Positions 26,736-36,282 of a DNA stretch of 64,000 nucleotides are shown piece by piece. The stretch comes from an uncultured Gammaproteobacteria bacterium (GTDB taxonomy: Bacteria; Patescibacteriota; Microgenomatia; UBA12405; JAHJSD01). The DNA is taken from positions 376,406 to 440,405 of the forward strand of contig CAYRYE010000001.1 of NCBI GenBank assembly GCA_964428655.1. The letters run 5' to 3'. Each line of letters begins with the position of its first letter. Position 1 is the stretch's first letter. The notes beneath the pieces are model-generated. The model worked only from the letters and a program-made list of their open reading frames with translations, did no database searches and was not told the DNA's origin. Both the position numbers and the translations under genes were made by a program.

Positions 26736-27812
26736 ATGGCGGGTAAACTTATTGTTGGTGTTGATACTACTTCTCTTTACACAGGTCATAAAGTTAGAGG
26801 AATTGGATTTTATACCAAGAGATTGTTAAGAGAAATTAAGAAATTTAGAAATTTAGAAATTAGGGAGCTAAAAAACAAGCAAGAGATTGAAAAAGGCGGT
26901 TACGATTTGCTCCATATACCATATTTCCACCCTTACTTTTTTACCTTGCCTTTTCGAAAAACGAAACCGTTGGTAGTGACGATTCATGATTTGGTTCCGG
27001 TTAAATATCCAGAACATTATCCACCGGGGAAAAAAGGCAAACTTCGTTGGCAAGTTCAAAAAAGATTATTAAGAAGGGTAGATTTTATTATCACTGATTC
27101 TTTTAATTCAAAATACGACATTGCTGATTTAACCGGCTATCCCCAGGACAGAATTTATGTAGTTTATCTGGCGGCTGGGGGAGAATTTAAAAAGCTAGAA
27201 GCCAGAAGTTTAAAGTTGAAGATTAAGAAGAAATATAATTTGCCCGATCAATTTGTTCTCTATGTTGGCGATGTTAATTGGAACAAAAATGTGCCGGGAT
27301 TGGTTAGAGCTTGTGAAAAAATCAGCGTGCCGTTAGTGATCGCTGGTAAACAAGCAGTAGCAAAAGATTTTGATTCTCATCATCCCGAAAACCGAGATCT
27401 CGTTTGGCTGCAAAAAAAGTATCAAGTATTAAGTAATAAGTATCAGGGGAAAGAAAAGAGATTTTATTTATTAGGGTTTGTACAGTCCGAGGAGCTAACA
27501 GCGCTTTACAACCTTGCTGTTGTTTATTGTCAACCCTCTTTTGACGAAGGCTTTGGCTTGCCGGTTTTAGAAGCAATGGCCTGTGGTTGTCCGGTTGTTT
27601 GTTCAAATAAAGGAAGTTTGCCGGAAGTGGCTGGCGAGGCGGCAGAAATGGTTGAGCCGACGGTTGATGAGCTGGCCGCTGGAATTAAGAGAGTGATTGG
27701 AAATAAAGACTTGCAGAAAAAACTTTCTAAGCTCGGTCTCGCCCGCGCCAAAGAATTTTCCTGGCAAAGAACGGCAAAAGAAACAATGGATGTTTATCAT
27801 TTGGTTGTATAG
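26736..27812 (+). CDS. GT4-family (GT-B) glycosyltransferase
   Basis: …FDEGFGLPVLEAMACGCPVVCSNKGSLPEV… The true start is the internal ATG at 26736 (MAGKLIVGVD…). The upstream part of the track ORF lies in the GC island. Confidence 0.7.
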   Translation: MAGKLIVGVDTTSLYTGHKVRGIGFYTKRLLREIKKFRNLEIRELKNKQEIEKGGYDLLHIPYFHPYFFTLPFRKTKPLVVTIHDLVPVKYPEHYPPGKKGKLRWQVQKRLLRRVDFIITDSFNSKYDIADLTGYPQDRIYVVYLAAGGEFKKLEARSLKLKIKKKYNLPDQFVLYVGDVNWNKNVPGLVRACEKISVPLVIAGKQAVAKDFDSHHPENRDLVWLQKKYQVLSNKYQGKEKRFYLLGFVQSEELTALYNLAVVYCQPSFDEGFGLPVLEAMACGCPVVCSNKGSLPEVAGEAAEMVEPTVDELAAGIKRVIGNKDLQKKLSKLGLARAKEFSWQRTAKETMDVYHLVV

Positions 27813-27868
27813 GAAAAAATTACCCCTTGACAGGCTTTTTAAAATGCTGTTCTATTGAAATAGAGCTT

Positions 27869-30800
27869 ATGAGGCATCGCAAGTTTCTTTTTGGTTTTCT
27901 CCTTATCTTGTTTTTAGTTGGGGGAGCGGTTTCCGTTTCTCGGGTTATAAAAATAGTTCGGGCGGCTGACATTTCAGTTTCTGTTTTTACAGCTGATGAC
28001 TATGATACTTCTGCGGAAGATGTTACTTATGACCTTACTTTTGTCGCACCGGTAGATGAAGATGAATATTATCAATTTGGTCTAATGCGTGTTCGCGGCG
28101 ATCATTCTACGGTCGGGGCTGATTTTGCTAACGCAACCCTTGTTACATTAACTGATGACGGCGCTGATATTTCCGGCAATGTCTCTCTTAGCAAACATAG
28201 CCCTGATGAAACTGGCTATGTTTCTGGATTTACCCTTCTATTTAGTGGCGGACTTACAATAGAGGGAGGCTCAACAGTTGTTGCCAGCTTTGGCGGGATC
28301 ACTAATCCAGTTGGAGAAGGTGCTTTTATACCAAGCATTAGCGGTTCGGATTGGAGCGAAACTAATCAGGGCAGTGCTCCGTCTCAAGCATTTGGAACAC
28401 CATTGGTTAAATTTAAAGTTACTGATCCAGAGGGAACCGTTGTTTCTAATGCTAACATTTGGATTGGAAGCCTTTCGACAATGAACTATTTTAATGCCGG
28501 CGGCGAAACTGATGCCGGTGGACAAACCTTTTTCTTTATAAGTGATTTTTATGGAGTTGATGATGCCGACAGAAGTGGCGATTACTCCGTTGAAATTAAT
28601 CCTCCTTCTGATAGTGAATACACCCGGCCTCCGAATTTTACTATTACATTAGCTGAGGGCGAGACTCTTGATTGTACAAATAAGGGTTCAACTTGCAGTG
28701 AGGATGTTGGTAATGGCCCGATTTTACTAACAAGGCCAATGGCCAAAGGAAAAGTTGTTGTCCCGGCTAATCCTCCAAGCACTGTTACTGCCTTAGCTGG
28801 TTCAGGGGTGGCTAATGTCCAGGTTCAGGTTAGAGATAGTGTCAGTATGGATCCCGGTGCTTCCAATTGGATGTGGACTGATTCTGAAGGAAACTTTAGA
28901 ATAGGCGGTTTATCAGCCGGCACTTATACTATTGAATTTGCCATGGGTTGGGGCAATGAGCAATTTGTTGGCTTATTGGCTCCTGATACAATAACCAACT
29001 TTGTTGTCAATGCTAATGGATCTGTTACTTATAATAGTTCAACTACAGCGGCAGCGAGTTTACCTCGTGATTTTGGCAATCTTGCTTTGCAAGTGGCCAA
29101 TAAAGATATCCTTGGCAAAGTTGTTGACGGTGACGGAAATGGAATTAATGGCATGAGGATTAGGGCCAACAAAATGATGGGGATGGGGGATAGCCAAACC
29201 ACAACAGCCGCTAATGGCACTTATGGTCTTCAAGTTGGCGCTGGTAATTGGTGGATAATGCCGGAGATAGATTATTCCAATAACTATGATGATGACACAA
29301 CTAATGATGTATCAGCTAATTATATTTATTGTGGTATGCCTAAAAATGTTGTTTTTGAGGAAGCCAATTCTGTGGAAGAATCATCTACCGGCAACAATTT
29401 TACTATGAAGCAGGCCACGGCTACAATTACCGGAAGAGTCGTTCTTCCCAATGGATCACCAGTAACAGGCAATGCCGGCGTTAATGCTTTTTCTAAAGGT
29501 GGCTGCGGCGGTTATTCTTCAGTTGATTGGGATGATGGGACTTTCTCAGTATCTGTTCCTCCCGGTACATACAATATTCAGGTTAATTCCTGGAATGAAG
29601 AATATGGAGACCCTGCAACCGAAACAGTTACTGTTACTACAGGGACAACGAATTTAGGTGATTTTTCCTTGGTTGCTAAAGAAGCAAGAATCAGTGGTCG
29701 GCTTTGGGCTGATGCTAATAATAATGACACCTATGATGCTGGCGAAGGAGTGGGTAATACTCGGGTTGAAGCTTTTAAAATGGCCAGAAAATTTGACGAG
29801 TTTTCCATGGGAGGAATGGGCGGCCCAATGGGAGGATCTGATTGGGCGACAACTAACAGCTCTAATGATGCGGCAACAAAGGGGCAGTTTACTCTTTATG
29901 TTACTCAAGGCAGCTGGAATGTCAATGTCATGGCTGATATGGGAATGATGCACGGTGGTTATTCAACCACGGCGACTAATTACATTTACACTGGATCACC
30001 AATTCAGGTTAATATTACCTCTGCTACTGGAACAAGTACAGGAAATAACTTTGAGTTAAAAGTTGCCGACGCCACTATTAATGGTCGTTTGTGGAATGAT
30101 ATTAATGAAGATGGTGAGTTTGATAATGGTGAGGGGGTTCCCGGTGTGTTTGGCTATGCTTTTGCTGAACCTGATGGTGCCTTTAATCAAGGCCCGATGA
30201 TGGGCATGGGCATGGGAGCGGGAATTAATAATGGCAGTTTTACAATTAAAGTCCCTGCCGGAACCTATCGAGTGGGAGTTGATTTCCCTCCTGACATGGC
30301 TGGATATACCCCATCTGCTATGGCCACTGTTACTGTTGCCGAGAGCGGAACGGCAACTGTAAACGTTCCCGTTATTGAAAACAATGCCATAGTTGCTATG
30401 TGTTTTAAAGATGTTGATGGCAATGCAGTTACTTCTCTTCAATATGCAGAAACCTTTTTAAACAATTCAGCCGGAGCCCACCAGTGGCAAATGTTTTCTA
30501 CAGAAAATCTTACTACCGGTTGTGCCAATATTACTACGGCCGCTGGAGAGTGGTATATTGGCTATCACATAGATCCAACCACTGATAATTATATGAGTGA
30601 GCCTATGTCTGATAACAAAGTGACCGCTATCGCCGATGATACTGTTACTAAAAACATTACCTTAAGGGTAGCGGATTCAACCGTTAGCGGCACTGTTTAT
30701 GACCCCAGCGGCAGCCCCTTGGCCGGTGTATTTATTTCAACAGACAATCGTAAAGCAGCCGGGTTTGATATGGCCGGACCAATGTTTATGCGGGGTGAAG

Positions 30801-32443
30801 TAACTGAAAATGATGGCGCTTATTCTTTAACCTTACCGGCCGGCACTTATAAAGTAGAAGCCCGTTTCCCTCCATCAGCCGTTGTTGGCGGACAAACCGT
30901 TACTTATTTAAATCCTGACGGGCAAGAAGTAACCATTTCGGCAGATTCTCCGGTAACAGCTAACTTTACTTTTCAAGAGTCTGATGCGACGATTACCGGA
31001 ACAGTGACCTTGGATGGAAATGATCAAGGAGCTTTCATTAGCGCTTACTCTGATGTTAGCGGCTACAATGAGACTATCACTACCAACGGCAGCTATACTC
31101 TTAATGTAACCAAAGATGATACTTGGTATTTGCGGGCAATGTACGAAACTGGGAACGACTTTTATCAATCTGATATTCATGAAGTTGCCATGGGCGGCAA
31201 TACTACACAATCTCAAGATTTAGCAATGTCAGTTGTTTCTTTCACTATTCCTGATCCTGTTTCAACCACATTTAATTGCGCTAACGCTAAACAAGTAACT
31301 CTTTCTAATGGCGCCAGCCTTTCAATTCCTGCCAGCGCCATTGTACCTGCTTCCGTGGATTCTTGCGACTCTACTGATTCAGGCAGCAATATTACTTTAA
31401 ACATTAATCCAACGGCTCAAATGTCTTTGCAAGACCAATCAATTCCTATTGGTGTTGGTTACGAAATTTCGGCTTCCGACAGCAACGGAAGCACTATTTC
31501 TGATACTTTTAATTCAAATGTCACTCTTACTATTCCCTATACTGATGAGGAAATAGAGGCGGCAATTGGAGGAACAATTGACGAAGAGCTTTTGGGTAAT
31601 GGGTATTGGGACACATCAACTTCAGCTTGGCGGAGCGTTGATAGTCAGGTTTTAGACGCAGATAATGACACTTTGACTATTTCTACCAACCACTTTACTT
31701 TGTTTGGAGTGCTGGCGGCAACTGATGCTTCAACTACTGGAGGGGATTCTGGTGATGATTCTGTTAGTAGCGGAGCAGCAGCTGGCACCACTGCCTCAGG
31801 TGGAGTTTCCAAGCCAATGGCTCCCAAAAACACAGGCTCAATTGTTGAGGGAGCAGTTAATCGAGTCACTCTGATGATTCCTTCGGGAGCCTTGAAGTGG
31901 GACGGTGATTTTGAAATTAACAAATTAGAATCTGGTTTTAATAAACCTAGGCCTCCACTTTGGATTGCCTCTGGGCCGTATAAAGTAGTTATGAAGTCTT
32001 GGTGGAATGGAGCAGAGTTTTCTGATTTTAAAAAGCCGGTCATATTAATAGTCAGATATGACCCCACTGCTTTAGGAGAGATTCCGGAATCATCTCTAAG
32101 ATTAAATTACTATGATTCCGTCAAAGGTTACTGGAGGCCCATTAGCTCCCTTCTTATCAAGGACAGACATGAAGTGGCCGCCGTTATTGACCAAATCCAT
32201 GGCACTTATGCTCTAATTGGCGGTTTTGGTTACCAAGGGGCGCCGGCTTACACGGGCACTACCGTTACTGCTGAAGCAGGGTCAGAAGAAATAGGAATAA
32301 CTGAAGAATTATTGCCGACTGAAGAAATCAAGGAAGAAACCAAACATCCAACAGCGGTTAGCGAACCGGTTGAACAGGAACCGGCTCCTAAAGAGAGTTG
32401 GTTGAGACGGCTCTTGAAGAAAATCTTTCCCTTTCTGCGCTGA
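27869..32443 (+). CDS. Giant (about 1524 aa) secreted or surface protein. It has an N-terminal signal/TM anchor, multiple Cna-B / SdrD-B-like / carboxypeptidase-regulatory-like beta-sandwich repeats, a Ser/Thr/Gly-rich linker, and a basic/hydrophobic C-terminal tail.
   Basis: MRHRKFLFGFLLILFLVGGAVSV signal-like N-terminus. Repeats are seeded by …ATITGRVVLPNGSPV…, …ARISGRLWADANNNDTYDAGEGVGN…, …ATINGRLWNDINEDGEFDNGEGVPG…, …STVSGTVYDPSGSPLAG…, and …ATITGTVTLDGND…. Met-Gly-rich loops are present (MMGMGD, MGGMGGPMGG, PMMGMGMGAG, MADMGMMHGG, MAGPMFMRG). No LPXTG motif. Confidence 0.7.
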   Translation: MRHRKFLFGFLLILFLVGGAVSVSRVIKIVRAADISVSVFTADDYDTSAEDVTYDLTFVAPVDEDEYYQFGLMRVRGDHSTVGADFANATLVTLTDDGADISGNVSLSKHSPDETGYVSGFTLLFSGGLTIEGGSTVVASFGGITNPVGEGAFIPSISGSDWSETNQGSAPSQAFGTPLVKFKVTDPEGTVVSNANIWIGSLSTMNYFNAGGETDAGGQTFFFISDFYGVDDADRSGDYSVEINPPSDSEYTRPPNFTITLAEGETLDCTNKGSTCSEDVGNGPILLTRPMAKGKVVVPANPPSTVTALAGSGVANVQVQVRDSVSMDPGASNWMWTDSEGNFRIGGLSAGTYTIEFAMGWGNEQFVGLLAPDTITNFVVNANGSVTYNSSTTAAASLPRDFGNLALQVANKDILGKVVDGDGNGINGMRIRANKMMGMGDSQTTTAANGTYGLQVGAGNWWIMPEIDYSNNYDDDTTNDVSANYIYCGMPKNVVFEEANSVEESSTGNNFTMKQATATITGRVVLPNGSPVTGNAGVNAFSKGGCGGYSSVDWDDGTFSVSVPPGTYNIQVNSWNEEYGDPATETVTVTTGTTNLGDFSLVAKEARISGRLWADANNNDTYDAGEGVGNTRVEAFKMARKFDEFSMGGMGGPMGGSDWATTNSSNDAATKGQFTLYVTQGSWNVNVMADMGMMHGGYSTTATNYIYTGSPIQVNITSATGTSTGNNFELKVADATINGRLWNDINEDGEFDNGEGVPGVFGYAFAEPDGAFNQGPMMGMGMGAGINNGSFTIKVPAGTYRVGVDFPPDMAGYTPSAMATVTVAESGTATVNVPVIENNAIVAMCFKDVDGNAVTSLQYAETFLNNSAGAHQWQMFSTENLTTGCANITTAAGEWYIGYHIDPTTDNYMSEPMSDNKVTAIADDTVTKNITLRVADSTVSGTVYDPSGSPLAGVFISTDNRKAAGFDMAGPMFMRGEVTENDGAYSLTLPAGTYKVEARFPPSAVVGGQTVTYLNPDGQEVTISADSPVTANFTFQESDATITGTVTLDGNDQGAFISAYSDVSGYNETITTNGSYTLNVTKDDTWYLRAMYETGNDFYQSDIHEVAMGGNTTQSQDLAMSVVSFTIPDPVSTTFNCANAKQVTLSNGASLSIPASAIVPASVDSCDSTDSGSNITLNINPTAQMSLQDQSIPIGVGYEISASDSNGSTISDTFNSNVTLTIPYTDEEIEAAIGGTIDEELLGNGYWDTSTSAWRSVDSQVLDADNDTLTISTNHFTLFGVLAATDASTTGGDSGDDSVSSGAAAGTTASGGVSKPMAPKNTGSIVEGAVNRVTLMIPSGALKWDGDFEINKLESGFNKPRPPLWIASGPYKVVMKSWWNGAEFSDFKKPVILIVRYDPTALGEIPESSLRLNYYDSVKGYWRPISSLLIKDRHEVAAVIDQIHGTYALIGGFGYQGAPAYTGTTVTAEAGSEEIGITEELLPTEEIKEETKHPTAVSEPVEQEPAPKESWLRRLLKKIFPFLR

Positions 32444-32550
32444 ATAAGTCTGTTCCGCACTCACCTACTTTGATTTTTGCTAAATATGGGTCGAACGACG
32501 GTAGGAGCGAATCGGATATGCTGTGTTAGATGATAGTTGTATTGATTTTT

Positions 32551-33222
32551 TTAATCAGTAAATTTGAAAGTGGAAAGCATTTGATCAAAAATTGCCTCTT
32601 TTTCTTCTTCTGTTTTAGATCTCCACCATTCGTTTCCTGCGAGATCAATACATTTAATCTGATAAATTTTGTTATTATATTCACTATATATTACATCTCT
32701 TGCAGAACTTGCGCCAGGAGGGCATGGGCCAAGATTTTTTATGCGCAAAGCAAGTGAGCCTGCCAAGGTATAGTTTTTTAAAGAAATCTTGTTCATATCA
32801 AGATAATTGTTAGTATCTCTAGGGCCGCCGCAAGTTTCATTCTTCTTTATCCAATTGGTTAAAGAATCTTCCGTAGCTTCGTGAATCATGATATATACAT
32901 CACCATGTATGAGCCAAATATAATCGTTGGATTCTTGTGGGCCTTCTGACTCCTGAGGATATTTTATTTCAAACCCATATTCTTCATTCCTATATATCTT
33001 CCAACTCTCGTATGGATCATTCTCTACTTCCTCCTCCTTTATTTCTGGTAATTGAGTAATTTGACCTTCTAACTCCTTAATCCTTTCTTTTTCAAAACTA
33101 CTTTTCTGCCACCAGCCTCCGACAACTAGGGCAGTAATGATCAAAAAAACAACAAATACCCAAATGAACTTTCGCCATTGAATGGGACTATTAAATTGTG
33201 GATTGTTTTGTTGTGTATTCAT
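32551..33222 (-). CDS. Hypothetical N-terminally anchored extracytoplasmic protein (223 aa)
   Basis: A single N-terminal TM helix (FIWVFVVFLIITALVVGGWW) is followed by a charged coiled region and a globular domain. Convergent with the giant surface protein. Confidence 0.5.
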   Translation of the reverse strand: MNTQQNNPQFNSPIQWRKFIWVFVVFLIITALVVGGWWQKSSFEKERIKELEGQITQLPEIKEEEVENDPYESWKIYRNEEYGFEIKYPQESEGPQESNDYIWLIHGDVYIMIHEATEDSLTNWIKKNETCGGPRDTNNYLDMNKISLKNYTLAGSLALRIKNLGPCPPGASSARDVIYSEYNNKIYQIKCIDLAGNEWWRSKTEEEKEAIFDQMLSTFKFTD

Positions 33223-33273
33223 ATGTCTATTATTTTAGCAAAAACTATGCAGATTTAAAAAAATCAGCACAAA

Positions 33274-33483
33274 TTACTTCTCATTTCCAAGTTTATTAAG
33301 CCTCTCTCTAAGTCGTAAGGTACTCCATTGCCATCTTGCCAATCTACTAGCTCTTGCTTGCCGCCTTTTTGGAGTTTCAAGAGGCCGTGGATGCTCTGCT
33401 GCTACATGATGAGCATTAATTAAAGCACTTGCTCCGGCAACTACTATTCTTCTAAGTGTCCAATTTTCTTTATTGACTGTCAT
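33274..33483 (-). CDS. Possible small basic protein (69 aa), unknown. It could be spurious.
   Basis: GC-richer short ORF, Arg-rich, with no recognisable motif. Confidence 0.2.
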   Translation of the reverse strand: MTVNKENWTLRRIVVAGASALINAHHVAAEHPRPLETPKRRQARASRLARWQWSTLRLRERLNKLGNEK

Positions 33484-33599
33484 GGTTTTGATTCACCTCT
33501 TTCTTTGAGCTTGTCTTTTTTCTGCTCCCTTCAAAGATTATGTTTAATCATTATTATCATACTATGCTGATTGGGAAATTGCCAGATGTTTTTCTACAC

Positions 33600-33628
33600 T
33601 TGAATAGATCATTCCCGCTGGCTATAAT
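33600..33628 (+). promoter_or_regulatory. Sigma70-type promoter TTGAAT-17nt-TATAAT, 12 nt upstream of ATG 33641 (near-leaderless transcript)
   Basis: ttgaat at 33600-33605, a 17-nt spacer, tataat at 33623-33628. Confidence 0.45.
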
Positions 33629-33640
33629 TCAGATTACGCA

Positions 33641-34837
33641 ATGATTAAGTATATCTTTAAACTTTTCTTATTCCTTCAGATAATTTTTATTTTTTCATGG
33701 TTTTCGGGAAAGAGTTTTCTGCCTCTAAAGGAGGCGTTTTTGGGTAGAGGGTTGGGGGAACTCACTGATCAACCTTTAATTTGGAGTCGAGCCAATTTTG
33801 ACGGTTTTTATTATGCTAAGATTGCTCGCGACGGCTACCAGTATCTCCAGCAAGCTTTTTTTCCTTTTTATCCGAGATTAATTGAGCTTCTTCAGCCGAT
33901 TTTTCAAAGCTTTATTGTTTCTGGAATTTTTATTTCCTCATTGTTTTTTATTTTTTGCCTTTGGCTGTTGGCAAAAATTTTAAAAGAGGAGGGCGAAAAA
34001 GAAGAGACGATAAAAAAAACCCTCCTCTTTTTAGTTTTGTTTCCTACTAGTTTTTACTTTATTTCCGTTTACACGGAATCGCTGTTTTTTTTCCTTGTTC
34101 TTTTGGTTTTTTGGTTAGCGAAGAAGAAAAAGTGGTTTTGGGTTGGCTTAGTGGCAGGGCTAGCCTCTTATACCCGCCTGGTGGGCATCTTTCTTTTTCC
34201 TGCTTTAGTCTATGAATATTACGAAGGCGAGAGCAAAAGGAGAATGAAAGAAAGAGTGGCGGTGGCAAAGAAAACGTTGGCCGCCAGGTTGAACTTTAAA
34301 TATTTAACTTATTTTTTCAAAAGCCGCCGGCGTCATATTAAAAATTTATTCTTTATCTCTCTTTCCTCTTGGGGTCTTCTTGGTTATATGAGTTATTTAC
34401 AAAAAACAATGCAAGATTATTTCTATTTTATTAAAGTTCAATCAGGTTTCGGAGCCCAACGAGATGTGAGTAGAATAATAATGATTTATCAGGTCTTTTG
34501 GCGTTATTTAAAAATGATTTTGACGGTTAACTTCAGAGATCCAATTTACTTTACAATATGGTTGGAGCTTTTAGTTAGCTCTTTGTTCTTGATATTGCTG
34601 GTATTGGCTTGGTGGAAATTCAAGTTGCGTCAGTCATGGCTTGTTTTTTCTGTCTTAGCCTACATCTTGCCGACTTTAACCGGTACTTTTTCCTCAATGC
34701 CCCGCTATGCGTTGGTTTGTTTTCCCTGCTTTTTAGTTTTGGCCAAGCTTAAGCTGCCTAAATGGGTTTATCCTGTTAGTGGAGGGCTTCTCTTGCTTTG
34801 TTCTGCCTTATTTGTCAGAGGTTACTGGATAGGGTGA
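33641..34837 (+). CDS. Polytopic membrane protein, PIG-V/Gpi18-like mannosyltransferase family (GT-C, DUF2029-type)
   Basis: 398 aa and multi-TM. The N-terminal lumenal loop …WSRANFDGFYYAKIARDGYQYLQQAFFPFYP… is typical of GPI-mannosyltransferase-2-like bacterial homologs. Confidence 0.5.
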   Translation: MIKYIFKLFLFLQIIFIFSWFSGKSFLPLKEAFLGRGLGELTDQPLIWSRANFDGFYYAKIARDGYQYLQQAFFPFYPRLIELLQPIFQSFIVSGIFISSLFFIFCLWLLAKILKEEGEKEETIKKTLLFLVLFPTSFYFISVYTESLFFFLVLLVFWLAKKKKWFWVGLVAGLASYTRLVGIFLFPALVYEYYEGESKRRMKERVAVAKKTLAARLNFKYLTYFFKSRRRHIKNLFFISLSSWGLLGYMSYLQKTMQDYFYFIKVQSGFGAQRDVSRIIMIYQVFWRYLKMILTVNFRDPIYFTIWLELLVSSLFLILLVLAWWKFKLRQSWLVFSVLAYILPTLTGTFSSMPRYALVCFPCFLVLAKLKLPKWVYPVSGGLLLLCSALFVRGYWIG

Positions 34838-36282
34838 TTGCTAAGCGCATTTTTGTTTTCGGTCTTGACGGAGCTACTTGGAAGATTATTGATAGTTTTA
34901 TCAAAAAAGGGCATTTGCCATTTATTAAAAAGTTGATTTCTCAGGGGGCTAGGAAAGAATTAATTAGTACTATTCCACCAAGAACTGCTCCGGCCTGGTC
35001 TTCATTTATCACTGGCCAAAATCCAGGCGAGCATGGAGTTTTTGATTTTGTTGTTAGAAATAATGTTTTTGGCAAGGAAAAAAAGAAACTTGTTAATGGC
35101 AGTTGGCTAAAGACTAAGTTTTGGCAGGCGTGGGAAAAAGATGGAAAAAGGATTGCTTTAATTAATCTTCCCATGACTTATCCGATCGAAGAAGTAAATG
35201 GAGTGGTGGTTTCTTCAATATTAACACCAAGGGGCAAAAAATGGTTTTATCCTCAAGAATTAGGGAAAGTACTTAAAGAGGTGGGTTATGAAATGGAAAA
35301 TTTTGGTTTTTTAGAAAGAGCTTCTAAATCAAAGATATCTTCCAGGGAAATTTTTGCAAAGATTAAGAAAATGGCCGAGGCAAAGTTTTTATTAGCTCGT
35401 CGGTTGTTGGAAAAAAAAGATTGGGATTTCTTTTTCCTGCTTTTCAGCGAAACCGATTGGATTCAACACTTGTTTTGGCGAGGTGGCCAAACTTTAAAAA
35501 TCTATCAAAAAATTGACCAGTACTTGGAAACGCTCTATGAGATTTTAAGAAAAAAATATGGAGCAAGAAATTTTTCTTTTTTTGTTATTTCTGATCATGG
35601 CTTTCATTTGGCTCCAGGAGTTCACTTTAATGTTTATCCCTGGTTAAGGAAAAACAAGTTTCTAAGACCTTCACCAAGAGCTTTTTTAGGCAGAGTTTTG
35701 CGAAAGTTTTCCTTTTGGGAAGAAGATAAAACCAAAAGTAGATTTGGCGATTGGGGGCAAAGCAGTATTTTAAAAACTGGCTCTTTTGGTTTTTGGCTGA
35801 ACAAGAAAGTTTTGGGAAAAAAATACAATTCATTTAGAAATAATTTAATAAAAGAGTTGGGAAACTTGAAGTTCGAGAACGGCAAAAAGATTTTTAGGAT
35901 GGTGGCTAAGAGAGAAGATGTTTATTGGGGTAGGAAGCTTAAAGATTTTTGGGATATTATTTGGTTGACCAACTCTTATTTCACCATCGGACCTTGCTCG
36001 ATTGAAAGAAAACTTTTTGTTCCCAGGGAAAAAGGGGTTAAGGCAACCCATGATTCAGATAGAAAAGGCATTTTTTTGGTTAAAGGTGTAGGAATCAAAA
36101 GCCAGCTTCGCCGTTGGCTGGATAGGGAACTTTATATTTGGAACATGGCCGATATTTTTAATCAGATTTTTAATTATGATGGTAAAATTATTAGTGGTCA
36201 AACTGGGGCAAAAAGGAGTAAATTCGATAAAGCTGGAGAAAAAGAAATAATAGCCAGGTTAAAGGCGTTGGGATATGTTTAA
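34834..36282 (+). CDS. Alkaline-phosphatase-superfamily enzyme (type I phosphodiesterase / nucleotide pyrophosphatase / phosphoglycerol-transferase-like)
   Basis: IFVFGLDGATWKIIDSFIKKGHLPFIKKLISQGARKELISTIPPRTAPAWSSFITGQNPGEHGVFDF shows the metal-ligand and nucleophile region of AP-superfamily enzymes. A GTG at 34834 overlaps the upstream TGA (GTGA). The ORF track start is 34798. Confidence 0.6.
   Translation: MIAKRIFVFGLDGATWKIIDSFIKKGHLPFIKKLISQGARKELISTIPPRTAPAWSSFITGQNPGEHGVFDFVVRNNVFGKEKKKLVNGSWLKTKFWQAWEKDGKRIALINLPMTYPIEEVNGVVVSSILTPRGKKWFYPQELGKVLKEVGYEMENFGFLERASKSKISSREIFAKIKKMAEAKFLLARRLLEKKDWDFFFLLFSETDWIQHLFWRGGQTLKIYQKIDQYLETLYEILRKKYGARNFSFFVISDHGFHLAPGVHFNVYPWLRKNKFLRPSPRAFLGRVLRKFSFWEEDKTKSRFGDWGQSSILKTGSFGFWLNKKVLGKKYNSFRNNLIKELGNLKFENGKKIFRMVAKREDVYWGRKLKDFWDIIWLTNSYFTIGPCSIERKLFVPREKGVKATHDSDRKGIFLVKGVGIKSQLRRWLDRELYIWNMADIFNQIFNYDGKIISGQTGAKRSKFDKAGEKEIIARLKALGYV

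Noticed and set aside
32380-32443. Possible sortase (LPXTG) or C-terminal sorting signal on the giant surface protein
   Set aside because: There is no LPXTG-like motif. The C-terminus is …ESWLRRLLKKIFPFLR, a basic/hydrophobic tail of unknown function.
32530-32757. 75-aa plus-strand ORF
   Set aside because: It overlaps, antisense, the 3' end of the well-supported minus-strand gene 32551-33222.
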